Shown here piece by piece: positions 29,325 to 43,608 of a stretch of DNA of 64,000 nt. Within the stretch, counting starts at the first letter, position 1. Each line of letters opens with the position of its first letter. Both the position numbers and the translations under genes were made by a program. The stretch is from Eledone cirrhosa. Lineage: Eukaryota. Below the pieces are notes generated by a model. The model was not told the DNA's origin and did not search any database. It saw nothing but the letters and a program-made list of their open reading frames with translations. Location: contig OZ024744.1 in NCBI GenBank assembly GCA_964016885.1, positions 35,960,001 through 36,024,000 of the forward strand, read 5' to 3'.

Positions 29325-29460
29325 GTATACATCGCTATTTCAGAGCACCAATCCTAATTTATATATATATACTAATTATAGCTGATTTAGCAGATTCGCG
29401 CTTTACCGGGGAAAATATGAAAATAAGCACTCTATGCTAAGACAGAGTGTATATATATAT

Positions 29461-29728
29461 ATTAAAAACAAAGCGAAGTTTCACACTAAGATCGTTATTT
29501 ATTATACATAGTTACCACAGTTTCAGAGATGGGTGACTCGGGATCTATGTATATGCTATAGACCAGACTTCAGTCCGATCTGTTCATTAGGCTTGTTAAT
29601 CAAGCAAAGCCAGGTGAGATTCTGGGTCTATAACATTTACATAGATCTTGAGCCACCCATCTGTGCAACGGTGATAACTATGTATAATAAATAAATACCT
29701 TAATGTGAAACCTTGCTTTGTTTTTAAT
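29461..29728. repeat. Imperfect fold-back insert nested inside another inverted pair (~29328-29360 and ~29740-29772)
   Basis: Arms of ~110 bp; a related single arm lies at ~27728-27820. Confidence 0.75.
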
Positions 29729-29774
29729 ATATATATATATATTAGAATTGGTGCTCTAAAATAGCGATATATAT

Positions 29775-30117
29775 ATGAATGTATATACAGTGTATTTTGC
29801 AATACACTGTATGCTTAATTAAAAGCATTTCGAAGACCTTACGCTATTGTTTTAGAGTAGTGACAGTCTCACTTACTTTAAATTTTCAGCAAACGGGAGA
29901 TAAAACTGATTGGTACTTATCAAAGCTAAGTACTCCGCCTATGTAAACAGGCGGAGTACTTAGCTTTGTACGAAACAGAGCTCTGTCAGCTTTATCTCCC
30001 CTGTTTGCTGAAAATTAAAAGTAAGTGAGTCTGTCACTACTCTAAAACAATAGCGTAAGGTCTTCGAAATGCCTTTAATTAAGCATACAGTGTATTGCAA
30101 AATACACTGTATATACA

Positions 30118-30122
<5 letters not shown>
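29775..30122. repeat. ~350-bp palindrome with a hammerhead-like centre
   Basis: Near-perfect arms; centre CTGATTG-GTAC..AAAGCTAAGTACTCCGCCT-loop-AGGCGGAGTACTTAGCTTT-GTAC-GAAAC-AGAGCTCT-GTC. Confidence 0.85.
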
Positions 30123-30185
<63 letters not shown>

Positions 30186-30201
30186 CATTAACATTACAAG
30201 G

Positions 30202-30286
30202 GGTCTGACGACCCACGGATTACAGAGTTGGGTCAGATCGATATAGATTTAACCATGAGCTGATAAGCGGCGAAACGCGCGTCACC
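30202..30286 (+). ncRNA. Type I hammerhead with long stem II region
   Basis: GGT-CTGACGA..60 nt..GAAAC-GCGC-GTC-ACC then AATAAA; homologue at 39211-39295. Confidence 0.65.
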
Positions 30287-30339
30287 AACCAATAAACGTA
30301 ATGAAGGAGTAACCAATCGTCCTTGTTATATTTTTACAA

Positions 30340-30525
30340 TATAATTGTTTCTACTTTTGGCACAAGGCCAGCAATTACCAGTGCATTACTGGTACTTTAT
30401 TTTATCGACCCCGTAAGGATGAAAGGCAAAGTAAACCTCAGCGGGATTTGAACTCAGACTGGCAAGGGCCGTAACTCTATGCGTCAAAGCATGGCGGCCG
30501 ACCTACTGATACTGCCAATCCACTA
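30340..30525 (-). mobile_element. SINE family S
   Basis: Full motif set as in other copies. Confidence 0.85.
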
Positions 30526-30619
30526 CTAGCTCTGTCTAGCTCTACACCTCGACACTGAAGTGAACATAAACATCAAGTGCTCACCTGGGTGAACCTACAG
30601 TAACTCCAAGCTACACTCC

Positions 30620-30707
<88 letters not shown>

Positions 30708-30870
30708 TTGTGTGCGTATGTGTGTTTGTGTGTGTGCATGTGTGTGCGTGCATGCGTGTGTGTTTAGATGCGCACATATATACTCATATCCCTATCCATA
30801 GAAGTGTGCTTGTATCTATCTATTTACGTATTTATATATGCATATATGTATGTACATGTACACACACACA

Positions 30871-30921
<51 letters not shown>

Positions 30922-30946
30922 GTATACGAACATAAATAAGAATTAC

Positions 30947-30985
<39 letters not shown>

Positions 30986-31444
30986 CGTACAATTTTTTTC
31001 CCTTCATCTCTTCATTGATTTATTCTTTATATTTATTAATTCATTTATTCTCACTCGATTACCACTCGATCCCCTTCTTTTCAATTTCCGCTCTGCCTTC
31101 ATTTTTCTTACTTTATCTATTTCTCTTCATACATCCTTACTTTTATTTCCACCTACACCGTTTTTCTCTCTCCTTCTTGCTCGTTTTCCATTTCTGAAAA
31201 ACGAAACAAAAGAAAGAAAAGAAAATCAATTCATGTTGACGTGTGTTTCTCTTTGTTTGTATGTATATTATTTTTGTTTCTTTATCGTTATCATTAAAAA
31301 TTAATATTTTTCTTTCATATTTTCATCTTATCCAGTTATGAGACGAAGATTTACTTATATTACAATGATCCCCAAAGCATGAAATCAAAATTGTTTTTAA
31401 ACGAAGACAGTAAATACTCATTCACCCACACACACACATGTATA

Positions 31445-31756
<312 letters not shown>

Positions 31757-31773
31757 TACATATATATATATAT

Positions 31774-31821
<48 letters not shown>

Positions 31822-31822
31822 G

Positions 31823-31922
<100 letters not shown>

Positions 31923-32538
31923 TTTCAACAATGTCCGTATTCCGTGTGTCATAATTCTTGATTATCATTGGTTCATAGGTTTCAAACGACTCCGCCCACC
32001 TCAACGACGCCAAACTTAAATTAATATGCATAATGCCAATGAGGGAGTGAGATGCGAGTGTAAGAAACAGAGAGGCAAAGTGAACGGTGTGTTGGATACA
32101 CTATCTATATTTGTCAGTGTGTGTGTGTGATGTGTGTGGAAATAAGAGGGGAAGGAAAGCAATAACTATTAACATGTGTGCGTGTGTATGTTCGTGCGCG
32201 TATGTTTATGTGTGTGTGCGTGCGTGCAGCGTTCCACAGAAAGTAAAAACTATCAACATGTGTGAGTGTTAGTACACGGGTGCATGTGTAAGTTTGCGTG
32301 CGTGTGCGCGTTTCCATGCGTGTATGTGTGTGTACCTGCGGCGTTCCACAATCGCCACATAGCTTATCTGTCTGTGTGCCTGTCTGTCAATCTAACATAC
32401 ACAGAGTTGTGAAGGGAGTAAATAGGGACCCTTTTTTTACATTGACGGACATCTTCTATATTTATTATTGTTTCATGACAATTGCTCGAAGTGAATACTG
32501 ATAATAAAGGAAATTCTACTTTATCAAACAGTGAACTC

Positions 32539-32724
32539 CAGCGGCGACGGCGTGCAGCCAGGAATGAAGAAAAACGGGCTGAACAGCGCCATCGGAACGC
32601 CGAACTTCAGAGGCGAAGACGTGCCGCCATGAATTAAGAGGAGCTGGCTGAACAACGCCAACGAATTACTGGAGCCAAGCAGCGACGGCGTGCTGCAATG
32701 GTTGAAGACGAACTGGCTGAGCAT
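32539..32724 (+). pseudogene. 69-bp/23-aa Arg/Glu-rich repeat (STPR-like), probable Helitron protein remnant
   Basis: QRRRRAARNEEKRAEQRHRNAEL-QRRRRAAMN*EELAEQRQRITGA-KQRRRAAMVEDELAEH. Confidence 0.5.
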
Positions 32725-32744
32725 CATCTTTTATATTAATTATC

Positions 32745-33096
32745 TATATCTACATATAATATAAAAGATTGGAACTTCCATCATCTTTTTGAGAAACGTG
32801 GAACAACCACGTCTATGCAATGATACACGTTTTACAGTCAGGCAGAAGATGAACCATCTCCTAGAGGTCACTATTCTAGGGGGGAGCACCTAGAATTGTT
32901 CATATATTATGCACATACGGTACAACGAAGAATCTGGTATATCTGGAATATTTTTTTTTTTGTTTTCTGTATCACACAGACACCACGGACTCGCCTCATA
33001 CTGTAACCAGACAAACATCCAATACAGTCATTTTCTCTTTTACCTGTCTTCGGTTATCCTCTGTTTACCCGGGCGAAGCTGGGTACGTCAGCTCGT
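32745..33096 (+). mobile_element. Short Helitron-like element
   Basis: Starts TCTACATATAATATAAAAG; ends CCCGGGCGAAGCTGGG..GCTCGT (degenerate hairpin and CTAG). Confidence 0.45.
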
Positions 33097-33106
33097 ATAC
33101 ATATAT

Positions 33107-33222
33107 TTAAAGAATGAAGAGTAACATGGTTTGCTCTACAATAAAGGCTTTATTTAAATTATCCACGACGCAGAGTACTCACAACCTCTAACTGGATTAC
33201 CTATAAAGAATAACTTGTTATC

Positions 33223-33224
<2 letters not shown>
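33107..33224 (-). mobile_element. ~120-bp miniature of the PLE at 47828-50031 (both termini only)
   Basis: GAGTAACATGGTTTGCTCTACAATAAAGGCTTTATT joined to TATCCAC..GAGTACTC..CTAACTGGATTACCTATAA..TGTTATCCC then (AT)n. Confidence 0.7.
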
Positions 33225-33281
<57 letters not shown>

Positions 33282-33936
33282 TATATAGAGAGAGATATAT
33301 TATATATATGTATTTATACATATAAACAAATGCGTTTATACACACCTATGTACACATGGGTATGTACATTTTCAAAACGGTGAGAAAAAAAAAATTAAAC
33401 ATCAAGCATGGAATGGAAAAATGGAAAACAAGAGAAAATATTGATGAAATTCATAAAAATGAAACGTTCTTTCTTCATTGGAACAAATTACCATAAATCA
33501 AATAGTATAGATCAAATAGATGGTTAGATTTTGGTGATGCAACAATGATTGAGGAATGTATACAATAATATGTGAGGAAAACACACACATACACACCACA
33601 CATAATTATCATATATAAAGAAATATCAGTTTTAGATTTCTGTTCTAGAAATTAATATTTGATACATAAATATTTCTTATTGTCGAAGATAGAATTCAGT
33701 TTGGCCGGGTAAATCTTAATTTAATTAATATTAGATTGAAATCTGGTATCTAGTTGTATTAAAAATATCAATAACAAACAAAAGCCAATCTTTAATCACA
33801 ACTATACTGTACAAACGAACAAAAATATCTTGTCTCTAAGAGTCCTTCGGTCTACCAAAATATTACAGCGAAAAAAAAAATGTCCTTCAAACTACAATTT
33901 ACCGTTAAGCAAAAATGATACATCATGTAAGATATA

Positions 33937-34047
33937 TTTGTTTCTACTTTAGGCACAAGGCCAGCAATTACCCAGTGCATTACTGGTACTTTATTTTATC
34001 GACCCCATAAGGATGAAAGGCAAAGTCAACCTCGGCGGGATTTGAAA
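33937..34047 (-). mobile_element. SINE family S, truncated, with duplicated flank ATCATGTAAGATATA
   Basis: Motif set present; flank repeated at ~33922 and ~34048. Confidence 0.8.
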
Positions 34048-34970
34048 TCATGTAAGATATACTATTGGTTGGTCATGGATAGAATGCTTTCGAGTATAAT
34101 TTGCACCGGTTTCAAGACGCATGAGTAAAAAAAACAACTCATCATGACGTTCGTTACTGTTGACTTTACTATATCTGTAGATATATTCTTGAAAGATTGT
34201 AAACTCAAAGAAAGGTCTCCCCCCCCCCCCCCCGTTACAATTATAGGTTTAGCCAAGCTATGTAAATATATTTGATAACAAAACTTGCTTTGTTAAATTA
34301 TTATTTAATGAAGAATAAACATTGTGAGACGTAAGAAAAAAACTATTTCTGGTGTGAAGCTTACATTACAATACATTTTGGGAATTTAGCTGCTGCACAG
34401 TGAAATATTAAGTGTGTAGTGAATGGACACAGTTAAAAGAATATGCAATCACAGTTCTTCCTGTATAAGTTCACAGGTATGCTCGTTATTAAAATGTCGA
34501 TGCACAAACATTTTGTTCTGGTCATGTAAAACATTTCTCTGCCCATTATATTTGGTATATATTCTATAAAATGTCTCACCAACATAACTAAGTCTGTTTC
34601 AATATGTGAAATTGCATTTATCAGCGCTAAATTACATTTTCTCTCTTGCAGCAGGTGTTTGTGTGTGTATGTTTGATATATTTGCTTATATCAGCTCCTT
34701 TTTATACTCACATCTTCTATTACTGCACCCCTTCTTTTCTATACTAACGGTGTATATCCCCCCAAAATTAATCATTTAGCCGCTCCTATAACTTTTTGTC
34801 ACCCTACCATATTCAGGCCCCACCTGACCAATAATTTAAGTTGGGATGGGGTTAACAGAACAGGGATGTACTGATCACACCATGGCCTCTCGGGTGTGAA
34901 GCAGATAAAAAGAGGCGATCAACGACCTGTATAAATGGTACAAAACAGAGCATTATATATATATATATAT

Positions 34971-35379
34971 AAGATCGGAGGCCATATTCAGTTGATTCAG
35001 GTTTATTTAAAACTCTGTTATACATATTTCAGTGAGGACTATCAGTTAAGATATCCTGAGCTCTTCGGACGGCAAAACCTAAAATAAACATTGAAAGTTC
35101 CCAATAAACATTTAAATTCGAAAAAATCCAATAGTTTCCTCGAAAAAGATTTTCTTTTCATGAGACTGGGGGCTAGACGAACGCATGGTGTTGTTTCTTT
35201 GACGACCGGCCCTGTATACAGGATTTTTCGGAATTTGAAGATTTATTGGGAACTTTCAATGTTTATTTTAGGTCTTGCCGTCTGAAGAGCTCAAACTATC
35301 TAAACTGATAGTCCTCAGTGAAATATGTATAATGAAGTTTTGAATAAACCTGAATCAACTGAATATGGCCTCCGACCTT
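34971..35379. repeat. Fold-back insert (arms 34971-35129 and 35221-35379) with hammerhead at ~35278-35335
   Basis: CGT-CTGAAGA-GCTCAAACTATC-TAAACT-GATAGTCCTCAGT-GAAAT-ATGT-ATA-ATG then AATAAA. Confidence 0.85.
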
Positions 35380-35435
35380 TTATTAATATACATATATATA
35401 TACCAGGTCCAATCGGGGGTAACCACAGTAAAGAC

Positions 35436-35616
35436 AATTTAGGAATTTATAAATTTCCGGTTGGTTGGCTGGTTCCACAACCAGGTGATTGTTGTGGAAC
35501 CAACCAACCAACCGGAAATTTATAAATTCCTAAATTTATAAATTTATTATAATAAATTGAAGTGAAAGCAACTTGTGCGTGTTTCTTATTGGCAACATGA
35601 CCCTCCCAAAGTATAG

Positions 35617-35620
<4 letters not shown>
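35436..35620 (+). mobile_element. Fold-back terminal fragment of the 24052-27404 PLE family
   Basis: Matches ~27278-27404; hairpin at 35436-35536; ends at (TA)n. Confidence 0.85.
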
Positions 35621-35676
<56 letters not shown>

Positions 35677-36164
35677 ATGTGTGTGTGTGTGTGTGTGTCT
35701 GTGTTTATATGTATATGCATTATATATACATACGTGTAATATTCAAGCTTTCAATATCAATAGAAGTTCTAGTGATTTATTCAAATATCTATAATCTGGT
35801 ACAGCATGGGGAAATGAATTAAGGAACTTCCGGTGTCGGTGACAATTTTCTCACTTTTTGATATTTTAGAATTTTTCGTATTTTTCTTAATATCAGGTTG
35901 AACTATTGCATATATTTTAAAATGTCTAGGTTTTTACGTACCATGTAGGCAAGTGTACAAATAAATGAACGATGTTTGAATTTCTGTAATGCTTCATATG
36001 TATTCATATAACTACGATCTGTAATGGTATAAAATGGGGAATCTAGAGACTTCCGGCAAATGTGATTTTTATATTTAATTTTTTTTAATTTATCGAGATT
36101 TAGTTACATCATGGATTTTTTATGTATCTAAATCCTTCAGGTCTGTATGTCTCACACACACACG

Positions 36165-36216
<52 letters not shown>

Positions 36217-36360
36217 CACACATACACATACGCACACATATATATATATGTATATATGTATGTGTGTGTGTTTATGTGTGTGTGTGTGTAGTAAAAGAGC
36301 GATAATGTTTTTAAAGACAGTACAATTCAGTAGAAAAGTACGAGGGGCAAATAATGACAA

Positions 36361-36548
36361 ATAATTGTTTCTACTTTTGGCACAAGGCCATCAATTACCC
36401 AGTACATTACTGGTACTTTATTTTATCGACCCCGTAAGGATGAAAGGCAAAGTTAACCTCGGCGGGATTTGAACTCAGATCATAAAGGGAGGTAACTCTA
36501 TGCTTCAAAGCAAGGCGTCCGGCCCTCTACCGATACTGCCAATCCACC
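36361..36548 (-). mobile_element. SINE family S with target-site duplication GCAAATAATGACAA
   Basis: Full motif set; duplication at ~36347 and ~36549. Confidence 0.85.
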
Positions 36549-36599
36549 GCAAATAATGACAAGTAATGACAAATAATGACAAATGGAACAAAATAAAGC

Positions 36600-36860
36600 A
36601 AAATACTGTTTTACGTGCGTTTCTGACCTTTTATCTATGCTGGGTTGTATTCAGCTGATGAAAATGGCCTCTTTAATCCTTAAATTGCCTATTTTCCTTT
36701 TAGTCGCCTCTAAGATGACCTCAATGTCTTGGTTGCGGCATCGCTCAAGATCGTTTTCAACGGAAGATGCTCTCATTGTCAGGTTCTCCTTGGCTCGTAT
36801 GTGTAGCTTTCTTATGGTACTTCCGATGTATGGGGAGCTACATTTTGGTTAGCATTTTCA
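36600..36860 (-). pseudogene. Decayed PLE GIY-YIG fragment
   Basis: Manual translation: KCSSPYIGSTIRKLHIRAKENL..SSV..C..IL..LRIKEAIFIS*IQPSIDKR. Confidence 0.6.
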
Positions 36861-37781
36861 TGCTGATTTTGTTTACATGGGAAGTTCTTTAAAATACAGG
36901 AAAATTCACCATTGATGAACCACATAACCATTGATATGCTGCACCTAGGCTATTGCTATTTTTGCTTACTTTCGAAGGAACGCGTCAACGCTAAATCTTT
37001 CAAGAAAGCGACATGCAAAACCTCATTTTCTGTAATCTTTCAGCTCTACACACCAGTGTCAAGACTGCGTACGCACAGAGTGAGGTCTTCCGAATATGCA
37101 ACAGATCCAATAAAGCAAGGAATAACCCTTTCCAATGCTACCAAGAGTTTTTCCTCAAATAACACCCTTTGAGTGATAGGATGTGCTGCCTTAAAAAATC
37201 ATAAAGTAATTAGAAAATCATTACTGCAATCCGTTATGTGATCCACTCACAAAAAAGGCCTGAAAATACAACTAGTGCAGTCCTGGTCTTCTCTGAAGAA
37301 ATTCCTGTCTAACAATCAAAGCACGCACTTTAAAATATATCAGTAATGTTAGGTCTTAAATGGTCTACCAAATAGAATGTTCACACAAGAGATTCATTTT
37401 TTCTGTTAAGAAACATTTATAGAAATATAGATGTTTCTTAACAGCAATGAACATCACTATTAAAGACACCGAACGAAAGCTTGACATTATAGGAATTTAA
37501 GAGGCAATACTCATTAAGAAAGAAAATCATAATATGAATAATCGAAGTATCAGTCGGCACACATCACTACATACCCAGCTTCAATCACATGTGTTAAAGA
37601 GACCAGAGCACTCTCATCGTAGTCCACTTTCACTTGAAAAAGGGATGTAAACTCAGAAATATCAAAATATAAGGTGAAAAGGCGAAATACGCTGTGTATG
37701 CTGCTGTTTTGTTTTATTTTACAACTGTTTTAAGTCATTTAAACAATTTAAACTATATCTCAGATTGCTTCATAGGAATTA

Positions 37782-38003
<222 letters not shown>

Positions 38004-38084
38004 ACACTCAAACGCACCCAGTTTTAAAGACACGGTTAAATGTAACAGCTGAGGGGAAATCGGTTCATCGTGTAGTAAGAAAGT

Positions 38085-38360
38085 ATAACTGAGTGATTTT
38101 TAAAGACACTTATGGCTAGATTCATGCAGCACATTCGTTCGCTTAAGAACAGAAATCAGTGAAATGGGACAGCTTCTGCAAAAAGAGTTTGGGTTTTGAA
38201 AGTCAGAAGAAAGAACAATAACTCTATAAAATTAAATATTGCCGCAAGGTATACAATGGTCATGGCAGTCGCCATTAATATACGTGTGACATACTCTAGA
38301 TATTGATTGACTCTACACGTCTTTATCTTGAAAACGAGAGATAATGCCTTCTTGTCATGC
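38085..38360 (+). pseudogene. Highly decayed PLE GIY-YIG C-terminal fragment
   Basis: RFMQHIRSLKNRNQ*NGTASAKRVWVLK...KREIMPSCH parallels RWYVHRHSMKNRALVNSTTLSNKIWQLK...RKIERSNFCRH of the 49123 ORF. Confidence 0.45.
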
Positions 38361-39210
38361 TTTCATCCAATATCCAAATAATTCATATTTGAATGCTATG
38401 CACACCAAACTACAAACAGGTTACATACATAATCAACCACCAACTAACGGAGCATCATCTATATATAATTTTGAGCGACTTCCATCCGTCACACAATGCG
38501 TGAATGTATATGTGTGTAAAACAAAGGAAGGGGATGGTGAAAAATATATAGCAAAACATTGGCTGGCGTTCAATTTGCTACGCTGTGTATGAGTGTATGT
38601 TGCGTGTGTCTGTGTGGATGTATGTGTGTGTTTGTGTGAATGTATGTGTATGTGTGTGAATCTATGTCTGTGAGTGTGTATTTTTGTGTCTGTGTTTGTG
38701 TGCTTATATTTATATACTCATATTTATATTTACATATTTATCAATCTATGCATATATATATTTATATAAAGAAACAGTTAAAGGTAACTCATCCTCCGTC
38801 AGTTTAAATGATAAATGATTCATCTTTTCGATCAATGGAACGGCATATGTTTTAACTAACGTGGAAGTGTGTTTATCTAGTTGACGGGATTCTAAACAGT
38901 TTCTGTCAACCCAATTTTCCTTACAAGGCTCAGGTCAACCCAAACTTCACATCACCACATAAGCGCCAACCTGTCCACAACTAAACTGTCAAAGCATCAC
39001 TCCATCCCCACCTCTGCCATAGATGAACCCCACCATCATTTTTTCATTTTCACAATCCCTTTCTTCCTTCTACTTCTTCCCCTCACCCACATCAACACAC
39101 ATTTTGTTTCTCACAAAACCACCAATCAAAACAAAGTTAAACTGACCATCATAAAGGAATGAAAACAGATATGTGCTGGACGAAAATCATTCCGTCATTG
39201 CGCTAACAGA

Positions 39211-39295
39211 AGTCTGATGAGCTTTGATTCCAGAGTCGGGGCCGATCGATATAGATCGAACCTTGAGTTGATCAATCGCGAAGCGCGCGTCATAC
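39211..39295 (+). ncRNA. Hammerhead homologous to 30202, with a GAAG core mutation
   Basis: GT-CTGATGA-GCTTTGAT..GATCGATATAGATC..ATCAATCGC-GAAGC-GCGC-GTC-AT. Confidence 0.55.
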
Positions 39296-39516
39296 CTAAA
39301 AAAATGTACTTGAAATTTGATACCTCGTCCATACTAGAGACTATGCATCGTGTGTTCATTTTGGTGAACCTACAGAAAATTGATGTTACAATCCCTAAAC
39401 TATATATATATAATATTTATGTGTATATATATATATATAAATGAGCGGAGCAAGCAATTATCAAACAATCTTTTAAATAAATTAAAAAAACGATTTAAAT
39501 AATCACCTGTTCTATT

Positions 39517-39596
39517 GCTGTTACCGACGGTTTCACCAATCCAAAGATTGGAAATCCAGAGAATTTCCAATGGAAAGAATTATATCTTCAGACAGC
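39517..39596 (-). ncRNA. Type I hammerhead ribozyme
   Basis: Minus strand: GCTGT-CTGAAGA-..ATTGGAAAT-TCTCTGG-ATTTCCAAT..-GAAAC-CGTCG-GTA-ACAGC. Confidence 0.75.
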
Positions 39597-39711
39597 TTAT
39601 GTCCATACTATAAGGGAGCAAATCTCATAGTAAGTCAATATTTCGCTTCCTGCCCAACGCATGCGGTCAGGCCGTTAAAGTGACACACACGCAAAATTAG
39701 GCCACAAGTAA

Positions 39712-39808
39712 AAGCTTATTATAAACTTGTTATAAACTTGTTATAAGCTTATTATAAACTTGTTATAAACTTGTTATAAGCTTGTTATAAGCTTATTATA
39801 AACTTGTT
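39712..39808. repeat. 11-bp minisatellite (TTATAAACTTG / TTATAAGCTTA)
   Basis: About 8-9 tandem units by direct reading. Confidence 0.85.
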
Positions 39809-40004
39809 GATCATGTCACTTAAAATAGCAGCACGATACCACGTTCTGTTCTCTACATAAGGAGAAAAATCATAAAAGGGTATGGATATTCCAACAGACA
39901 CTAGGTACCTATAGAAATATGCAAGGTGTTTATAATAGTTGTGGTTCGATGGTACTAATTTGAGATACCAGAACTATAAAAATGAGCGGAGCAAGCAATT
40001 ATCA

Positions 40005-40078
<74 letters not shown>

Positions 40079-40109
40079 AAATGTGTGTAATCCTTGGTAC
40101 AGTTAGGTA

Positions 40110-40418
40110 TATTAAGACAGGGGGGGGAAGAAAAAATGGCTTCACTTGTGCTTTCAACAAATTTATTTTCTTCACAAAATCCCAAAAGAATTTTTTTCCG
40201 GATTAGAAAAAAAACTTTTTTTTTTCTTAAAAAAAATTATTTTATAAATTAAGTTAGGTCTTGGGAGTTCTTGGTTAACGTAGGAGGTATTGTTTCGTTT
40301 TTAGAACGACCTTTCACGCTGAGGTGCGCTTGTGAAACATTCTTTTGGGATTTTGTGAAGAAAATAAATTTGTTGAAAGCACAAGTGAAGCCATTTTTTC
40401 TCCCCCCCCCCCCCTGTC

Positions 40419-40424
<6 letters not shown>
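40110..40424. repeat. Insert with ~80-bp inverted arms ending at (TA)n
   Basis: ATTAAGACAGGGGGGG..AAATCCCAAAAGAAT versus ATTCTTTTGGGATTT..CCCCTGTCTTAAT. Confidence 0.85.
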
Positions 40425-40476
<52 letters not shown>

Positions 40477-40847
40477 TACATTGTTTATTTCTTATTTAAT
40501 TTATGATGTGTAATACGCGTTGTTTTGTTAATGTGAAATGAAATACACGACGACCGTGTTTAAGTAACAGTTCAAAATATTGAATAGTAATTTCTATATC
40601 TTAATTTGAGGGGAGAAAGACACACGAAATTCTTATTGTGAAAAATTGTAGCACGTTTTCCCGCCAAGCAATAAAATATGTCGTCCGATTGTCGCCATGT
40701 GTTTCTTTTCTTTTCTTTTTTTTCTGTTTTAGTGTGTTTTCAAATTGTTGTTTACACATGTATAAAGTTCATACATTGTTTATAATAAAATATCTGGCGT
40801 TAGTTTATAACACATAGCAACACACACGTATATTCGCATAATAATAT

Positions 40848-41500
<653 letters not shown>

Positions 41501-43231
41501 GTACATTTGTGTGCAGTGCTTCTTCTTACAGGAATCGATTATTGGTAATAATTGAATATATGAATATGAAATTACGTACGTTTGCGTCAATTTGAATTTA
41601 TGAATAGAGTTTATGTGAGTAAATTCAATACAAATACAATAAAAAAAGCAGAAATAAAATGAAGAAAATCAATGAACTTATGGAATGAAATGAAAAAAGT
41701 AAAAATAAGGATTAGAATTAAAACGGAAGAAAAGAGACAAAAATATGAATGATGGAACAAAATGGAAAGAAAATGAATGAAAGGTGGAAGCTAGGTTGTT
41801 AGAACGAAGGAAATAAAACGGTAAGCAATCAGATAAGAAGGAAAAGAGAAGGAAATCAGTTGTATGCAAATGAAAGAGAATAAAAATATGAAGAAAAATA
41901 AAGCGGGTGAAAGAAGTATGAATGTAGGAAGAATTGATTAACGAATGAAAGAATAAATAAAAAAAGTGAAAGAAACAGGAATGAACATTTTTTAAAAAGA
42001 TAAAAAAGTGAAAGATGAGGATGAAGGTTGTAAGAAAAGGAAAGAAAATGAAACGAATAAACGAAAGGCAATGAACGAAAGAATAAATATGAAAGAAATT
42101 GAAAGAAAGAAAAATATACAGGTGAATGACTAGTTCGAAGAATTGAAAGTAGTAGGAAGAATTAATGAAAGATTATTGAAGAATGAAAAAAGAAAGTTAA
42201 AAAATGAATGAATAATGGAAAACGATATCTTTAAAAAAAATGGATGACAAAAGAGGTGGATAGGAAAATGAATTCAAAAAATGAAAGAATGAAAGGATGA
42301 AAATAGAAAATAGAACGAAAGAATATAGACCGACTCAGAGAATGGAAAGAAACTAAAATAAAATTTAGGTAAAAAAAAAAAAAATCAATTAAAGAAGAGA
42401 GAATAATATAAAGAAAGGAAAGATATTGAAAGAAGGAAGACAGAGAAATTAAAAAATACGGAATGAATGAGCAATATAAGAAGGAAGTTGGTGATTTTAA
42501 TAGCAATATATATAAGAAATATAACATAGCTTGCGAACAAAAGAAACGAAATGTTACAGGTGAGAGTTGATTGAATCGATCAGTGGTTCTCAACTGGGGT
42601 CCATGTAACATTATTAAAGGTCCACACAAAATAGAACAGCAACTTGGGGGCCCACAGTAATATTTTAGTGGTCCATAGAGCAATTTACTTCTGAACGGTT
42701 GTTACAACTGAGAATTGGAATTTCTACCTAATCAGTAAGCTAATCAGTAGACCAACGATGAAAAGCTTTACAGACATGATCATACACTAATACATTTTTT
42801 AGAATCGTGTTCGCAATATTACTTTATCCATTGTAGCTTTAGACATCAACTCTTTTAAGATGGTAGCGTATAGTTTAAGGAGAAACTTGGCTGGTATTTC
42901 TAACAGGTAGAGTCGAGTGACCGGTAGGGGTTGAAGAATTCCTAAGTGAATAAAAAAAAACTAAAAAAAAACAGTGGTGGAAGCATAGAGATAAAGAAAA
43001 TGTATTAAGATGACAATTGATGAAAAAATAAACGTAAAGAAAAAAAAAGCAAAGAGAAAAAATGGTAGAAAGAAGGAATTAAGAGACAAAAATGAGAGAA
43101 AAAACTCACATAAAAAGTAATTACATGGAAAATTGTAACAAAGAAGAAAATAGAATAAAAAATAGAAAAATACACGTGGACAAAAAAGAAAACATTAAAA
43201 TAGGGATGTAATTTGTTGGAGAGATAATATA

Positions 43232-43255
43232 AAGAATAGAGTAAATAAACGAAGG

Positions 43256-43310
<55 letters not shown>

Positions 43311-43412
43311 AGAGTAAATAAACGAAGGATATATGTATGTGTGTGTGTATATATATATATATATATACACATATATATAAAGAATAGAGTAAATAAACGA
43401 AGGATATATGTA

Positions 43413-43455
<43 letters not shown>

Positions 43456-43485
43456 AATAGAGTAAATAAACGAAGGATATATGTA

Positions 43486-43549
<64 letters not shown>

Positions 43550-43576
43550 TATATATATCCTTCGTTTATTTACTCT

Positions 43577-43582
<6 letters not shown>
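43232..43582. repeat. Four direct and one inverted copy of AGAATAGAGTAAATAAACGAAGGATATA separated by (TG)(TA) tracts
   Basis: Direct reading. Confidence 0.85.

Positions 43583-43608
<26 letters not shown>

Noticed and set aside
43232-43582. CRISPR-like look of ~28-bp repeats with spacers
   Set aside because: The spacers are (TG)/(TA) microsatellites, the context is eukaryotic, and there are no cas genes.
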